A stretch of 64,000 bases of DNA from Thermoanaerobaculia bacterium (GCA_963816185.1 CAWFJJ010000029.1:160001-224000), one strand, 5' to 3'; positions 10,600 to 21,400 are shown, numbered from the stretch's first letter. The notes: generated from the letters alone by a model not told the origin. Program-made: numbers and translations.

Positions 10600-11247
10600 T
10601 CAGGCCGCGCGGATCGCGGGCACGTCCACGACGCGCACGCCGTTCGGCGGGTTCTCGACGGCGGCGACGAGAGCGCGCGTCATCTGCGCGCGCGTCACGA
10701 GGCCGAGCCGTCGGGCTCCATCGCGGGTGGCGGGGAGGGCTTTCGCAAGCGCGTAAAGCGGCAGAAGAAGGTACGGCCAGCGGTGAGAAGGGCCGAGGAC
10801 GTACCACGGGCGGAGGATCGTCGCGGGAAGACCCGTCTTGGCGAGGAGAGCCTCGCCTTCGGCGCGCGCCTCCCAGTACGCCTTCATCGCAGGAGCCGGA
10901 TGGGCCACGCTCAGGTAGACGAAGTGCGAGACGCCCGCGGGGACGGCCGTCTCGAGCGCCGCTTTCAGCGACGTGAGATCCACCTCGCGGAACTGGCGCG
11001 CCTTCTTCGGCGAGGGATGCGCGACGCCGACGAGGTGGACGAACGTGGATTCCTTCGGCACGTGCGCGCGGTACGTCGTGGCGTCGAGGGCATCGCCAAT
11101 CACGGCCGCGGCACCCTCCGGAACCCGCCTTTCCGAGCCGCGTCTTGCGAGGGCGAGGACGTGATGAGCGCGATCGAGAAGGCGCGGAATCAGCGCCCGG
11201 CCCAGGTAGCCCGTCGCGCCGGTCACGAAGACGGTCCTCGGAGTCAC
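10600..11247 (-). CDS. NAD(P)-binding epimerase/dehydratase family protein
   Basis: VFVTGATGYLG Rossmann motif, HLVG, LRPWYVLGP. Start placed at GTG 11247. Confidence 0.8.
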   Translation of the reverse strand: MTPRTVFVTGATGYLGRALIPRLLDRAHHVLALARRGSERRVPEGAAAVIGDALDATTYRAHVPKESTFVHLVGVAHPSPKKARQFREVDLTSLKAALETAVPAGVSHFVYLSVAHPAPAMKAYWEARAEGEALLAKTGLPATILRPWYVLGPSHRWPYLLLPLYALAKALPATRDGARRLGLVTRAQMTRALVAAVENPPNGVRVVDVPAIRAA

Positions 11248-11359
11248 GAGACGGGAAATCGTATCGCGGCGGGCCGCCCCGACCTGGCCATTAGCGGGCG
11301 GCGTTTGTCCCGCAGAGTCGCTTTCATTCCGAACACGTTTCTCCATTGCGACGCGCTGC

Positions 11360-12385
11360 CTACCGTAAGGCGGGGGTGTGCGCATGATCCGCCGTCAGAA
11401 ACTCCACCGCGCGCTCCTCGCCCCAGAAGACGGGCTTCAGCCCGCGTGCGGCGATCCAGCCGGCGTGGCCGCCCTTCTCCGTGACGAGGAATTGCACGGC
11501 GGGGGAGGCCGCGCGTCGCGCCCGCTCGACCGTTTCGGCGGGCACGAACGGGTCGTCGAGCGCGGAGAGGCAGAGAGTCGGTACGACGATCGACGCGAGC
11601 AGCGGGAGGGAGCTCGAACGCGCGTAATAGTCGTCGGCATCGGCGAAGCCGTGGAGCGGAGCCGTGGCCGCGTCGTCGAACTCCCGGAACGTGAAGGCCC
11701 TTCGCGCGCGCGAAAGGTCGATGCGGGCGGCAGCCTCGGGGAATCGCCGTGCGAGGTTCGCGGCCTTCGCCGTCAGCGTCTTCACGAAAGCGCGCACGTA
11801 GAGATTCGACGGAAAGGACGCCATGTACCGGTCACCGGCTGCGAGGTCGAAGGGCACCGAGAGCGTCGCCGCGGCGGCCACGGTGGGATCGCCGGCGTTC
11901 TCGCCGAGCCACTTCAGGAGCACATTTCCGCCCAGCGAAACTCCCGCGACGAAGAGCGGCCGGCCGAGCCGCGCCGCGAGCGTCCGGGCGACGAAGTCGA
12001 AGTCGGACGTCTCGCCGGAGTGATAGAGGCGCGGCCGCTCGTTCGGGATGCAGCGGTGAAGGTCGAGCGGATCCCGGGCGCAGAACCGGAAGTTGAGGAC
12101 GGCGGCGCGAAAGCCGGCGCGAGCCGCGAGCGCCAGAATTCCCTGCGCGTAGACGGAATTCGAGCTGCCTTCGAGACCGTGCAGCACGAGGAGAAATGGC
12201 GCATCCTCTTTCGCGGGCGCGTCGAGGTAATCCACGAAAAGCGTGTCGCCGTCCGGAGCGGTGAGCGCTTCACGGCGCATCGCGACCTGCCTCCGCGAGC
12301 GCGCGAGGCGTCCCCACACCGTCTGCGCATGGCGGCCGCGCAACCAGCCTGCGGGTGCGAAGCCCGTTCGGACTTTCCCGTCCAT
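11360..12385 (-). CDS. Alpha/beta hydrolase, YheT-like
   Basis: HAQT, LHGLEGS, GVSLGG nucleophile elbow, DDPF, GGH. Confidence 0.88.
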   Translation of the reverse strand: MDGKVRTGFAPAGWLRGRHAQTVWGRLARSRRQVAMRREALTAPDGDTLFVDYLDAPAKEDAPFLLVLHGLEGSSNSVYAQGILALAARAGFRAAVLNFRFCARDPLDLHRCIPNERPRLYHSGETSDFDFVARTLAARLGRPLFVAGVSLGGNVLLKWLGENAGDPTVAAAATLSVPFDLAAGDRYMASFPSNLYVRAFVKTLTAKAANLARRFPEAAARIDLSRARRAFTFREFDDAATAPLHGFADADDYYARSSSLPLLASIVVPTLCLSALDDPFVPAETVERARRAASPAVQFLVTEKGGHAGWIAARGLKPVFWGEERAVEFLTADHAHTPALR

Positions 12386-12470
12386 TCCTTGTGGCTTCCG
12401 TCCCCTCGCGCGGCGCGTTCGTCCCAACCGACGCCCGACACGCCTCTCGGCATTCTATTGTCGGACCCGG

Positions 12471-13739
12471 ATGGCGAAAGCCGAATTCGACTTCGTTGCC
12501 GAGAGCGCTCGCGGCAACCCCATCCCCGGCCTGACCGTATTGAGCCCGATGGATCATGGCTTCATCCCGTTCGTGAGGGCCCTCATCCCAGGGCGGACCC
12601 CGCCCGGTGTCCGCGGGCCGAAGATCGGTGAAGAGCTCTCGGTGAAGACGTTCTGGAAGAGAACCTCGGCGAACGTCGCGGCCTGGACGGTGGCCGGGTT
12701 CTTCTTCGCGAGCCAGCTCTATTTTCTCTACCCGATCGCGTCCGGGCGCGAGATGTCGTTTACGCGCGCTCTGCTCATCAATCTGCCCTTCTACTATCTG
12801 TGGGCGCTCGTGACGCCCGCCATCCTCGGCCTCGCGCGGCGTTTTCCGATCGAGCGCACGGACTGGAAAAAGCCGCTCCTCATCCACCTCGCCGCGTCGA
12901 CGATCCTCTCGGCCGTGCAGCTTTTCCTCGCCGGCGCGATCCTGCACGTCCTCGGAAGCGCGACCCTGAATCGCGCCGACTCGTTCTGGACGACGCTCGC
13001 GCAATTCTTCCGTCTGAACTTTCACGCGAACGTCCTCACGTACTGGGCCCTCCTGGGTCTCGCCTGGGGAGCCGACACCTATGCGAAATTCCGCGACCGC
13101 GAGCTCACCGCGTCCCGGCTCCAGACTCAGCTCGCGCAGGCGGAGCTCTCGGCCCTCAAGATGCAGCTTCAGCCCCACTTCCTGTTCAACACGCTCAACG
13201 CCATCGCGGCGCTTCTGAAGACGAATCCCGACGCGGCCGAGGGCATGATCCTGCAGCTCTCGGACTTCCTCAGGATCACGCTGAACAACACGGGGCGGCC
13301 GGACGTCACGCTTCGCGAGGAGCTGGAGTTCCTGGAGCGCTACCTTGCGATCGAAAAAACGCGCTTCCAAGATCGCCTCTCCACGCGCTTCAGGATCCGT
13401 ACCGAGGTCCTCGACGCGCGCGTTCCGAACCTCCTTCTGCAGCCTCTCGTCGAGAACGCCATCCGGCATGGGATCGCTCGGGACCGCCGCGCGGGACGTG
13501 TCGAAGTGAGTGCGACGCACGAGAAGGGGCGCCTCCTGCTGCGCGTGACGGACGACGGGCCGGGAGCGCCGCCGGGCCGCGTGACGGAGGGAATCGGCCT
13601 CACGAACACGCGCGAGCGCCTGCGCCACCTCTACGGCGACGCGTGCTCCCTCGAATACGGAAACGTCCCGGGTGGAGGCTTTTGCGTTTCCCTGTCGCTG
13701 CCGCTCGTGTCCCCCGTAAGCGAGCCCTCGTCCCCGTGA
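12471..13739 (+). CDS. LytS/YehU-type sensor histidine kinase (intramembrane sensing)
   Basis: LKMQLQPHFLFNTLN, LQPLVENAIRHG, DDGPG, GIGLxN; several TM helices and no large extracellular domain. Start uncertain (12471 or later). Confidence 0.9.
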   Translation: MAKAEFDFVAESARGNPIPGLTVLSPMDHGFIPFVRALIPGRTPPGVRGPKIGEELSVKTFWKRTSANVAAWTVAGFFFASQLYFLYPIASGREMSFTRALLINLPFYYLWALVTPAILGLARRFPIERTDWKKPLLIHLAASTILSAVQLFLAGAILHVLGSATLNRADSFWTTLAQFFRLNFHANVLTYWALLGLAWGADTYAKFRDRELTASRLQTQLAQAELSALKMQLQPHFLFNTLNAIAALLKTNPDAAEGMILQLSDFLRITLNNTGRPDVTLREELEFLERYLAIEKTRFQDRLSTRFRIRTEVLDARVPNLLLQPLVENAIRHGIARDRRAGRVEVSATHEKGRLLLRVTDDGPGAPPGRVTEGIGLTNTRERLRHLYGDACSLEYGNVPGGGFCVSLSLPLVSPVSEPSSP

Positions 13740-13799
13740 TCCGGCCGGCGGTCCCGCGATGGGCGACGCGCGCGCTTCGCGGGCCGAGATTCTCGCGCG

Positions 13800-14411
13800 A
13801 TGGAAACGCGCCGAAGGCTTCGCCCACCTCTCGCGGTCGCGCTTCTCGCCGTCCTCGCCGCCGCAACTTCCGCGCCGGCCCTGAATCAGCCGCACGAGGA
13901 GATCGCGGGCGGGGACGGTCCCACCGCGCACGGGTCGCGAGCGCATCTTTTCGAGAGCACGCTTCGGCCGCGCGCGTACCGCCTTTGGGAAGAGTCGGGC
14001 TTCGGCGGAGTGGCCGTCGAGCGCGCGGCGTGGGTTCTTGCGTTAGATGCGGGCAACGTGCGCTGGCAGGCCTGGCCCGACGAGCAACTTTACCTTCGGG
14101 CTCACTGGAGGGGTCCGGTTCCGGCCGACGCGGTCGCGATTGTGCATACACACCCGGATGCCGGGAACCCGAGGCCTTCTCCCCAGGACATCGAGACCGC
14201 GCGCCGCATCGGCGTGCCCGTCTATGCCGTGTCCCGCGCCGGAATCTGGAAGGCGGAGCCAAATGGGCTGGTCCTCGCCGTGGACGACAAGCGCTGGTGG
14301 ATCGGCTGCCGTTCTGGAGCGTGCGGCGCGCCGGAGCGCGATCCGGAATTCCGGAGCGCCCGAAGGGTCTCCGATTCTCGAAACCTCGTCGCGGATTCCG
14401 CGTATCGCTGA
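13800..14411 (+). CDS. Secreted JAB/MPN-like metalloprotein (putative)
   Basis: Signal-like N-terminus; upstream Glu (ERAAW) plus HTHP-x7-SPQD, a JAMM-like motif; 3 nt before the LytTR start. Confidence 0.65.
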   Translation: METRRRLRPPLAVALLAVLAAATSAPALNQPHEEIAGGDGPTAHGSRAHLFESTLRPRAYRLWEESGFGGVAVERAAWVLALDAGNVRWQAWPDEQLYLRAHWRGPVPADAVAIVHTHPDAGNPRPSPQDIETARRIGVPVYAVSRAGIWKAEPNGLVLAVDDKRWWIGCRSGACGAPERDPEFRSARRVSDSRNLVADSAYR

Positions 14412-14414
14412 GAC

Positions 14415-15194
14415 ATGAGCACGATCCGGACTCTTCTCGTGGACGACGAGCCCCTCGCGTGCGAGAGGCTCCGCGGCCTTCTGGCCGACGAGCCGGAGGT
14501 CGAGGTCGTCGGCGAATGCGGCGACGGCTGCCAGGCCGTTCTTGCAATCGAGGAGCTCAAACCCGACCTCGTCTTTCTCGACGTCCAGGTGCCGAACCTC
14601 GACGGGTTCCACATCCTCGAGAGCGTGGGCCAAGGTCGCATCCCGGCTGTCGTCTTCGTCACTGCATACGACCAGTACGCGCTGCGCGCGTTCGATGTGC
14701 GCGCCGTGGACTACGTCTTGAAGCCGTTCGGACGCGAGCGACTCCATAAGGCGCTCGAAAAAGCGCGCGCGCAGATCACGCGCGAGAAATCGAGCGACCT
14801 CTCGGGACAGCTCGTCGCGCTCCTCGAGGAGATGCGTCCCCCGCAGATGCGGTTTCTCAAGCGGATCATGATCAAGGAGAGCGGGCGGCTCTTCTTCCTG
14901 AGGACTGCGGACATCGATTGGGTCGAGGCGTCCGGAAACTACGTCCGGCTCCACGTCGGCGCCGAGTCGCATCTCCTGCGCGAGACGATGAACGGACTCG
15001 AAGGCCGCCTCGACCCGGAGCGGTTCCTGAGGATCCATCGCTCCACGATCGTGAACATCGAGCGCATCAAAGAGCTACAACCTTGGTTCCACGGGGACTA
15101 CATCGTGATCCTTCGAGACGACCGCCAGCTCACGATGAGCGCGAGCTACCGCGAGAAGCTCGACGAGCTGCGCGGCCGGACGCTCGCGTCCTGA
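14415..15194 (+). CDS. LytTR-family response regulator
   Basis: VDDEPLA, FLDVQVP, FVTAYD, DYVLKP receiver motifs; FLRIHRSTIVN LytTR motif. Confidence 0.95.
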   Translation: MSTIRTLLVDDEPLACERLRGLLADEPEVEVVGECGDGCQAVLAIEELKPDLVFLDVQVPNLDGFHILESVGQGRIPAVVFVTAYDQYALRAFDVRAVDYVLKPFGRERLHKALEKARAQITREKSSDLSGQLVALLEEMRPPQMRFLKRIMIKESGRLFFLRTADIDWVEASGNYVRLHVGAESHLLRETMNGLEGRLDPERFLRIHRSTIVNIERIKELQPWFHGDYIVILRDDRQLTMSASYREKLDELRGRTLAS

Positions 15195-15251
15195 CCCGGG
15201 GTCGGTCGGGCTGACGAGAACCCGTCCGGATTTCCGGAGCCGAAGGGATCT

Positions 15252-15302
15252 CCGTCCTCTGCGCGGGGCCCCCCGTCCCCGAAGGGCGAGCGCCCGTCAC
15301 AA
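15252..15302 (+). promoter_or_regulatory. Putative LytTR operator: three CCGTC repeats at 21-bp period
   Basis: CCGTC at 15252, 15273 and 15294, between the LytTR gene and the TonB receptor gene. Confidence 0.5.
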
Positions 15303-15391
15303 CAGGCGTGTCCGCAAAAAGGACCGAACGCACTCTCACCCACACGATCCGGACCCAGAAGAGGTCTGGTCATCGTTGGAGGAGGAGTGCG

Positions 15392-18300
15392 ATGAGCCAT
15401 TCACGATGTCCTTTCCTCGTCTTACTCGTCATCGCGTTGTGTGCGGCGTCCGCGGCCGTCGCGCAAACGACCGGGGATCTCGACGGCACGGTCGCCGACC
15501 AGAACGGGGCGCCGCTGCCCGGCGTGTCGGTGGAGCTGCGCTCGCCGCAGCTCCAGGGCACGAGAACCGCCGTCACGAATGCCGCGGGCCGATACCGCTT
15601 CCCGGTCCTTTCCCCGGGGATCTATTCCGTCACGGCGCAGCTCTCGGGCTTCACGAAGGTGGAGCGCGCCGGCCTCAAGGTCTCCCTCGGCGCGACGACC
15701 ACGATTCCGATCACGATGGGCCTCTCCGTCAAGGAAGAGATCGTCGTGACGTCCGAGGCGCCGGCGGTCGACACGTCGAAGACGACGATCGGGACGACGG
15801 CGTCCCTCGACTCCATCCAACGGCTTCCGCTCGGACGGAACTTCGTGTCCATCGCGAGCACGGTCGCCGGAACGGGCACCGACGTGTCCGGGAACCTCAC
15901 GGTGTACGGGGCCACGGGCCTCGAGAACGCGTACATCATCGACGGTGTCAACACGACGGGCGTCAAGACGGGCACGCAGGCCAAGCAGCTCAACAACGAG
16001 TTCATCCAGGAGGTCGAGGTCAAGACGGGCGGCTACGAGGCCGAGTACGGCCGCGTCCTCGGCGGGACGATCAACGTCGTGACGAAATCCGGCGGGAATG
16101 AGTTCCGGGGCGACGGGTTCGGGTACTACGACTCCTCGTCGCTCGCGTCGAGCGACAAGCGAACCTCGGATCGCCAGACCGCGAACCAGGGCGAATTCTT
16201 CTCGCCAAAGCGCTTCGATGCCGGCGCGGACCTTGGCGGCTACTTCGTGAAGGACCGCGTGTGGTTCTTCGGGGCCTACGACCGCGTCAACCAGGATCAG
16301 AACTACACGCGCACGCTCGCGGTGCTCCGCGACGCGTCCCAGACGAAGCTCTCGACAGGGAGCACCGACGTCTACCGCAACAATCTCTACTCCGGCAAGC
16401 TGACGTTTCGCCTCGGAGATTCGAACACGATTGCGGCGTCCATCTTCGGGGATCCGGGCACGTTCAGCGGACGGTACGACCTCACGCAGATTCCGGTCAT
16501 GGTCGGCGCGGACGGCGCCTGGCTCGTAGACCGGAACGTGGGCGGATCCGACTTCTCGGGCCGCTGGGACGGCCTTCTCGGCACGCTGTTCCTCGGGCAG
16601 GCGCAGATCGGCTACCACACGGAGAAGCGGCAGGACTCGAGCCCGTTCTCGAGCCAGCCGTTCCTCGAGCAGCAGCAGGCCGGCTTCCCGCTCGAGGCGC
16701 TCCCGGGGTCCGGACCAATCTTTCTCGAGGACTCGAAATTCCAGCGCTACGTGTACAGGGCGGCCGGATCGCTGTTCCTGGGGGCGCACGAAATAAAGGC
16801 CGGCCTCGACTGGGAGCACCTGAACTCGGACTTTTCCGAATCGTATGGCGGCGAGGACCGGATCCGCACACGCTTGACGGCCTCGGGTGCGCTCAATAAC
16901 TACCAGCACCGCTACTTCGCCCAGACGCCGCTCGCCGGCGCGAACTGTCTCGGCCTCCTCGATCCGAGCGGACCCGCGGCGTTCCCGAACTGCACGGGCT
17001 ACGCGATCGCCCCATCCGTCGACAACAACCCGATCACCGACAACGTCGGCCTCTTCGCGCAAGATTCCTACAAGGTTCTCAAGAACCTCACGGTCAACGC
17101 CGGAGTCCGCTACGAGCAGCAGCGCCTGAAGGACTTCACGGGCGCGACGGTCGTGAAGATCGACAACGAGTGGTCGCCGCGCCTCGGCGTCGTGTGGGAC
17201 TTCGCCGGGAACGGGAGGTCGAAGGTCTTCGCGAACTACGGCCGTTTCTACGAGGTCATTCCGCAGGACATCCAGACCCGCGCGCTCGGGAACGAGTACA
17301 TCATCTTCGTCCGCAACTCCAGCCCGACGCCGAACCCGATCGACCAGTTTCTCGGCGGTCCCATCGTGCAGGGGGGCGAGCTCGTCCAGGACAACCTCAA
17401 GGGCATGTACCAGGACGAGCTCATCGGGGGCGTGGAGGTCGAGGTCGCGAAGAACTGGGCGATCGGCGTCAAGGGCATTTACCGGGCCCTCGGCCGCGTC
17501 GTCGAGGACCGCTGCGATCTCGCGGTGAACCCCGACATCGCGCAGTACTTCAACCCGTCGAGCCCCGCGACGTGCGCGCTCATCAATCCCGGCCAGGGAA
17601 ACTCGCTCGGAACGATCAAGGATCCGTTCGACACGACGTGCTACCCGAACGGCGAGACCGACGCGGCGGGGAACCTCGTGGCCGGAGCGCCGTGCGCCTC
17701 CACGCAGCCGCGACGCTATTTCCGAGGGCTGGAGGTGACGGCGACGCACCGCTTCTCGAACAGCTTTTACGCGCTCGCCTCGTACCTCTACTCGAAGCTC
17801 GAGGGGAACTACTCGGGCAACCTCTCGCAGACGCGCGAGGGGGGACAGCAGGATCCGAACATCAACGCCGACTTCGATTACCCAGGGTTGGTCACGAACG
17901 CCTTCGGCCGGCTGCGCAACGACCGCACGCATCAGGTCAAGGTTTCGGGTTACTACGCGTTCCCCTTCGGCCTCACGGTCGGCGCCAACGCCTTCTACAA
18001 CACGGGCCGCCCGTTCTCGATCCGAGGCTGCGCGTCGGACGCGATCGCCTGCGACGCCGGGTACAACCAGGAAGGCTATCTCGTGCCGCGCGGCTCGGCG
18101 GGCGATCTTCCCGCCGCCTACGAGGCCGACCTGCACCTCGAATACGGCATGCGTTTCGGCAACATTTCCATCACGCCGATCGTCGACGTTTTCAACCTGC
18201 TGAATCGGCAGGGCGTCCTCAGCCGCGACGAGCTCTTCAACAACACGGGCACGGTTGCCGGAAACGATCCCAAGAGCGGCATCGGTCAGCCCGGCTGTAC

Positions 18301-18415
18301 GGCGCAGAACGCGAGCCTGACGAACGCCGCCTGCGCCTCGAATCCCACGTACGGAAAAGATATCGGCTGGCAGAACCCGCGGGTCGTACGTCTCGGCGCT
18401 CGCGTGTCCTTCTGA
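15392..18415 (+). CDS. TonB-dependent receptor (Oar-like) with N-terminal carboxypeptidase-regulatory-like domain
   Basis: GxVxDxxGAPLPGV, plug motifs IDGVN, EVKTGGYEAEYG and NVVTKSGxN, C-terminal aromatic (RVSF); GGAGGAG before ATG. Confidence 0.93.
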   Translation: MSHSRCPFLVLLVIALCAASAAVAQTTGDLDGTVADQNGAPLPGVSVELRSPQLQGTRTAVTNAAGRYRFPVLSPGIYSVTAQLSGFTKVERAGLKVSLGATTTIPITMGLSVKEEIVVTSEAPAVDTSKTTIGTTASLDSIQRLPLGRNFVSIASTVAGTGTDVSGNLTVYGATGLENAYIIDGVNTTGVKTGTQAKQLNNEFIQEVEVKTGGYEAEYGRVLGGTINVVTKSGGNEFRGDGFGYYDSSSLASSDKRTSDRQTANQGEFFSPKRFDAGADLGGYFVKDRVWFFGAYDRVNQDQNYTRTLAVLRDASQTKLSTGSTDVYRNNLYSGKLTFRLGDSNTIAASIFGDPGTFSGRYDLTQIPVMVGADGAWLVDRNVGGSDFSGRWDGLLGTLFLGQAQIGYHTEKRQDSSPFSSQPFLEQQQAGFPLEALPGSGPIFLEDSKFQRYVYRAAGSLFLGAHEIKAGLDWEHLNSDFSESYGGEDRIRTRLTASGALNNYQHRYFAQTPLAGANCLGLLDPSGPAAFPNCTGYAIAPSVDNNPITDNVGLFAQDSYKVLKNLTVNAGVRYEQQRLKDFTGATVVKIDNEWSPRLGVVWDFAGNGRSKVFANYGRFYEVIPQDIQTRALGNEYIIFVRNSSPTPNPIDQFLGGPIVQGGELVQDNLKGMYQDELIGGVEVEVAKNWAIGVKGIYRALGRVVEDRCDLAVNPDIAQYFNPSSPATCALINPGQGNSLGTIKDPFDTTCYPNGETDAAGNLVAGAPCASTQPRRYFRGLEVTATHRFSNSFYALASYLYSKLEGNYSGNLSQTREGGQQDPNINADFDYPGLVTNAFGRLRNDRTHQVKVSGYYAFPFGLTVGANAFYNTGRPFSIRGCASDAIACDAGYNQEGYLVPRGSAGDLPAAYEADLHLEYGMRFGNISITPIVDVFNLLNRQGVLSRDELFNNTGTVAGNDPKSGIGQPGCTAQNASLTNAACASNPTYGKDIGWQNPRVVRLGARVSF

Positions 18416-18439
18416 GATCTTGCGAGACCTCCTGAACAC

Positions 18440-18467
18440 GGGCCGGCCCATGGCCGGCCCCCTTTTT
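18440..18467 (+). terminator. Intrinsic terminator
   Basis: GGGCCGGCC-CAT-GGCCGGCCC stem followed by a TTTTT run, after the TonB receptor gene. Confidence 0.8.
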
Positions 18468-18474
18468 CCGGGGT

Positions 18475-21400
18475 TCACTTCGGCAGGGTCACGATGACGA
18501 AGCGTCCCTCGAGGTCCGCGACGAATAGGCGTCCATTCGGAAGCAGAGCGAGGCCGGAGGGCTTCTCGAACCTCCGGCCCTCCGGCTGGTCCTGGCCGCG
18601 CAGCGTCGTCACGAGGCGGCCCTCTCTCGTGTAGGCGCGCACCTCGCCCGCGAGCGGGACCGAAACCCACAGGAGATCCTTGGAGTCGAGCGCGAGGTAC
18701 GGCTCGGAGAAAGTCTCCCGCCGCCAGCCGGCCACGTCGAACGCGCGCACGAAACCCCCGTTGCGATCGAAGATCGCGACGCGGCCGTTGCCGTTGTCGG
18801 CGACGTAGACGTCTCCGTCCTTGCCGGCAGCGATGCCCTGCGGATCGGCCAGCTTACCGGCGCCTTTCGCCGTCCCCCACTCGGCCTCCTTGTGCCCGAA
18901 GCCGTCGAAGCGCACGACGCGCCCGTTCCCCGTGTCCGCGACGAAGACCGAGCCACCCTTGTCCACGGCGATACCGCGCGGCCCGAAGAAACCGCCGGCC
19001 CATTCGCGCAGCCAGCCGCCCTTGTCGTCGAAGACCTGCACGCGGCCATTCCACGTGTCGGCCACGAAAACGAGGCCGGTAGGCCCGACTGCGATGCCGC
19101 ACGGGTCGTTGAATTGTCCGGGTCCCGCGCCGCGCGTCCCGAACGCGAGGAGGGGAGAGCCGTCCGCGCCGAAGAGCTGCACCCGCTGGTTTCCGAAATC
19201 CGCGACCCAGACCCGCCCGGCCGAATCCACCGCGACTCCGCGGGGCTGGCGGACTCGTCCGGGAGCGTCGGCGGGGGGAAGTGGCGACTGCTCTTTCCGC
19301 GGCGAGGAGGGCAGCTCTTCGACGCGCACCGGCGCCGCGGCGGCACCAGGCGTAAAGACGCCCGTCACTCCGAAAAGAACCATCTCCGGATTCCGGTACA
19401 CGGGGGTCAGGAGATCCGTCCACGACTCGAAGCGGGCGAGATTCGCACCCGCGTACGTCTTGCGCTCGAGATTCCCGACGGCGACCAGCGCGACGTGGTA
19501 CCGGAGGAGGATCCGCTTGACGGTCGCCTCGTCCGCCGAGGTGTACGCGTCCGTGACGTCCGCCTTGCGGCGGTCGGTCTCGGCCTGGCTGTGACCGCGC
19601 TGTTGCGTGTGGTACTCCCAGCCCTGCACGGTGGGGAGGCCCGTGTTCATGGAGAGGCGCGTGAAGTCCTGGTACGGCGGCCCCTGCGCCTCGAGAAGAA
19701 CGGGCAAGCCGCTCACGTTCGCGTTGATCCACTCGATCGCGCCGCGATCGGACGGGTTCTGCTTCTCGAGGTAGGCCGTCCCGTCCAGAGTGAAACGTGG
19801 CCAGCCGCCGCGGTCGAGGCGGAGGAAGCCGGCAAAAGCGGAAACGGTCGTGAAGAGCGCGGCCAGGCCGGCGAGGGCGGTCGCGAGGCGCCACGCGCGG
19901 CTTTTCGAGGAGAGAAGCGTCTCCCACGCAAGCGCCCCCGCCACGGAGAACAGGAGCCACGTTTCGAAGTGAAACTTGAAAACCGTGTTCATGCGGTCCC
20001 AGATGAAGACGAGCTCGCAGCCCGTCAGGACCGCGAAGCCCAACGCGACGAGCGCGACCGCCGGGCGGACGCGGGCCTCCGTCGAACGTCTCAGCGCCGC
20101 CCCGAGAGCGACCAGAAACGCGATCGCCGTGAACAGGCGAATCGACGAGGCCTGAGCGATCCGCGGGGGATGGAGCGAGAAGGACAAGAGAGACAGCGGG
20201 AGTGCGACCGCCGCGCTGAGCAGGAACGCCCGCGCGGCCCTCCCGACGGGCGCGCCGCCTCTCTTCCATGCGGCGAACGCGAACGGCACGAGGAGCGCGA
20301 TGAAGAGCCCCCACACGTTGAAGAAGTCCCACGGCACCGCCCACGGGCCGACTTCGCGGCCCCAGTTCCGCGGCGGCGGCGTGAACTGCGCCCAGAACGG
20401 ACGCACGAGAAGAGCCGCCAGAAGAGCGACTCCGGCCGCCGGCACGAGGACGTTCCGCGCGAGCGCGGCGGCAGAGGCCGTGAGTCCCGGCGGCCGCGAC
20501 CCGAGCCAGAGAACCCCTGGCAGGAAGAGGAGAAGGCACGCATAAACGGGCCACGACCATCCGTTCGTGATCTGCAGCGCGGCGAAAAAGAGAGCGGCGA
20601 GCGCGACGAGCGCGCCCGCCTGGCGGGTCGCGGGCAGCGCCCGGTCTTCGCGCGTCACGAAGAGGAGAAGCACCGCGACGAAGGCCGCCGTGAAGGGCAG
20701 CGCGAGGACGTGCGCGTGCAGGTCCGCGAAGAGAAAGCTCCAGAACGGGTACTCGTTGATCGCGTTCGGCGCGATGACGCGCGACGTCGCCCAGAAGTAG
20801 TTCCAGTCGAGCGGACGGCCCCCCTGGTGAAAGTGGAAGTCGAACGCCGTTCGCGGCCCGGAAGGAGCCGCGACGAAGAGCGCCAGAAGAACCGCGACCG
20901 CGCCTGTGCGCAGCCGGCCGCCGAGCGCGGCGCCTGCGGCGAGGATCGCAGATGCCGCAAGAGCAGCGGTCATCGCGATCGCGAGATTGAACAGGATTCC
21001 GGGATGAATCCCGAGGAGCTTCCCCGCCGCCGCGGCGAGGTAATGGCCGAAATAAGTGTACGAGAGCGGCGACCCGGCGAGCCAGGGCTCGGGAGGCGGA
21101 AGCTCCGTGGACCTCAGGAGCGTGTTCAGAAACGAGAAGTCCATCGGCTTCTCGCCGGAGTAGATCTCGGGATTCAGGGCGCGCACGGTGAGAAAGAAGA
21201 GGAACGTGCCCCAGAAGACGAGCGCCGTCTTCCGGCGCTCGGGCGCCGGCGTGGCCTCTCGCGCCCGGCGGCGGCAGAAGAAGCCGCCCAGCAGGAGCGC
21301 TGCGGTCGTGACCGCGAGAAGCCCTCGCGTGAAGTGCGCAAAACGCCACGAGACGAGCAGCCAGGGCACGAACGCGAAGAGGAGGACGCCGGTGACGCGC

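Noticed and set aside
13800-14411. JAB protein as part of CBASS or another ubiquitin-like defence system
   Set aside because: No CD-NTase, E1/E2 or ubiquitin-like gene is nearby, and it has a signal-like N-terminus.
15200-15390. Hammerhead (CTGACGAG) or glycine-riboswitch-like (CCGAAGG, CTCTCA) words before the TonB receptor
   Set aside because: The hammerhead GAAA and glycine aptamer context are missing; the 21-bp repeats explain the region better.
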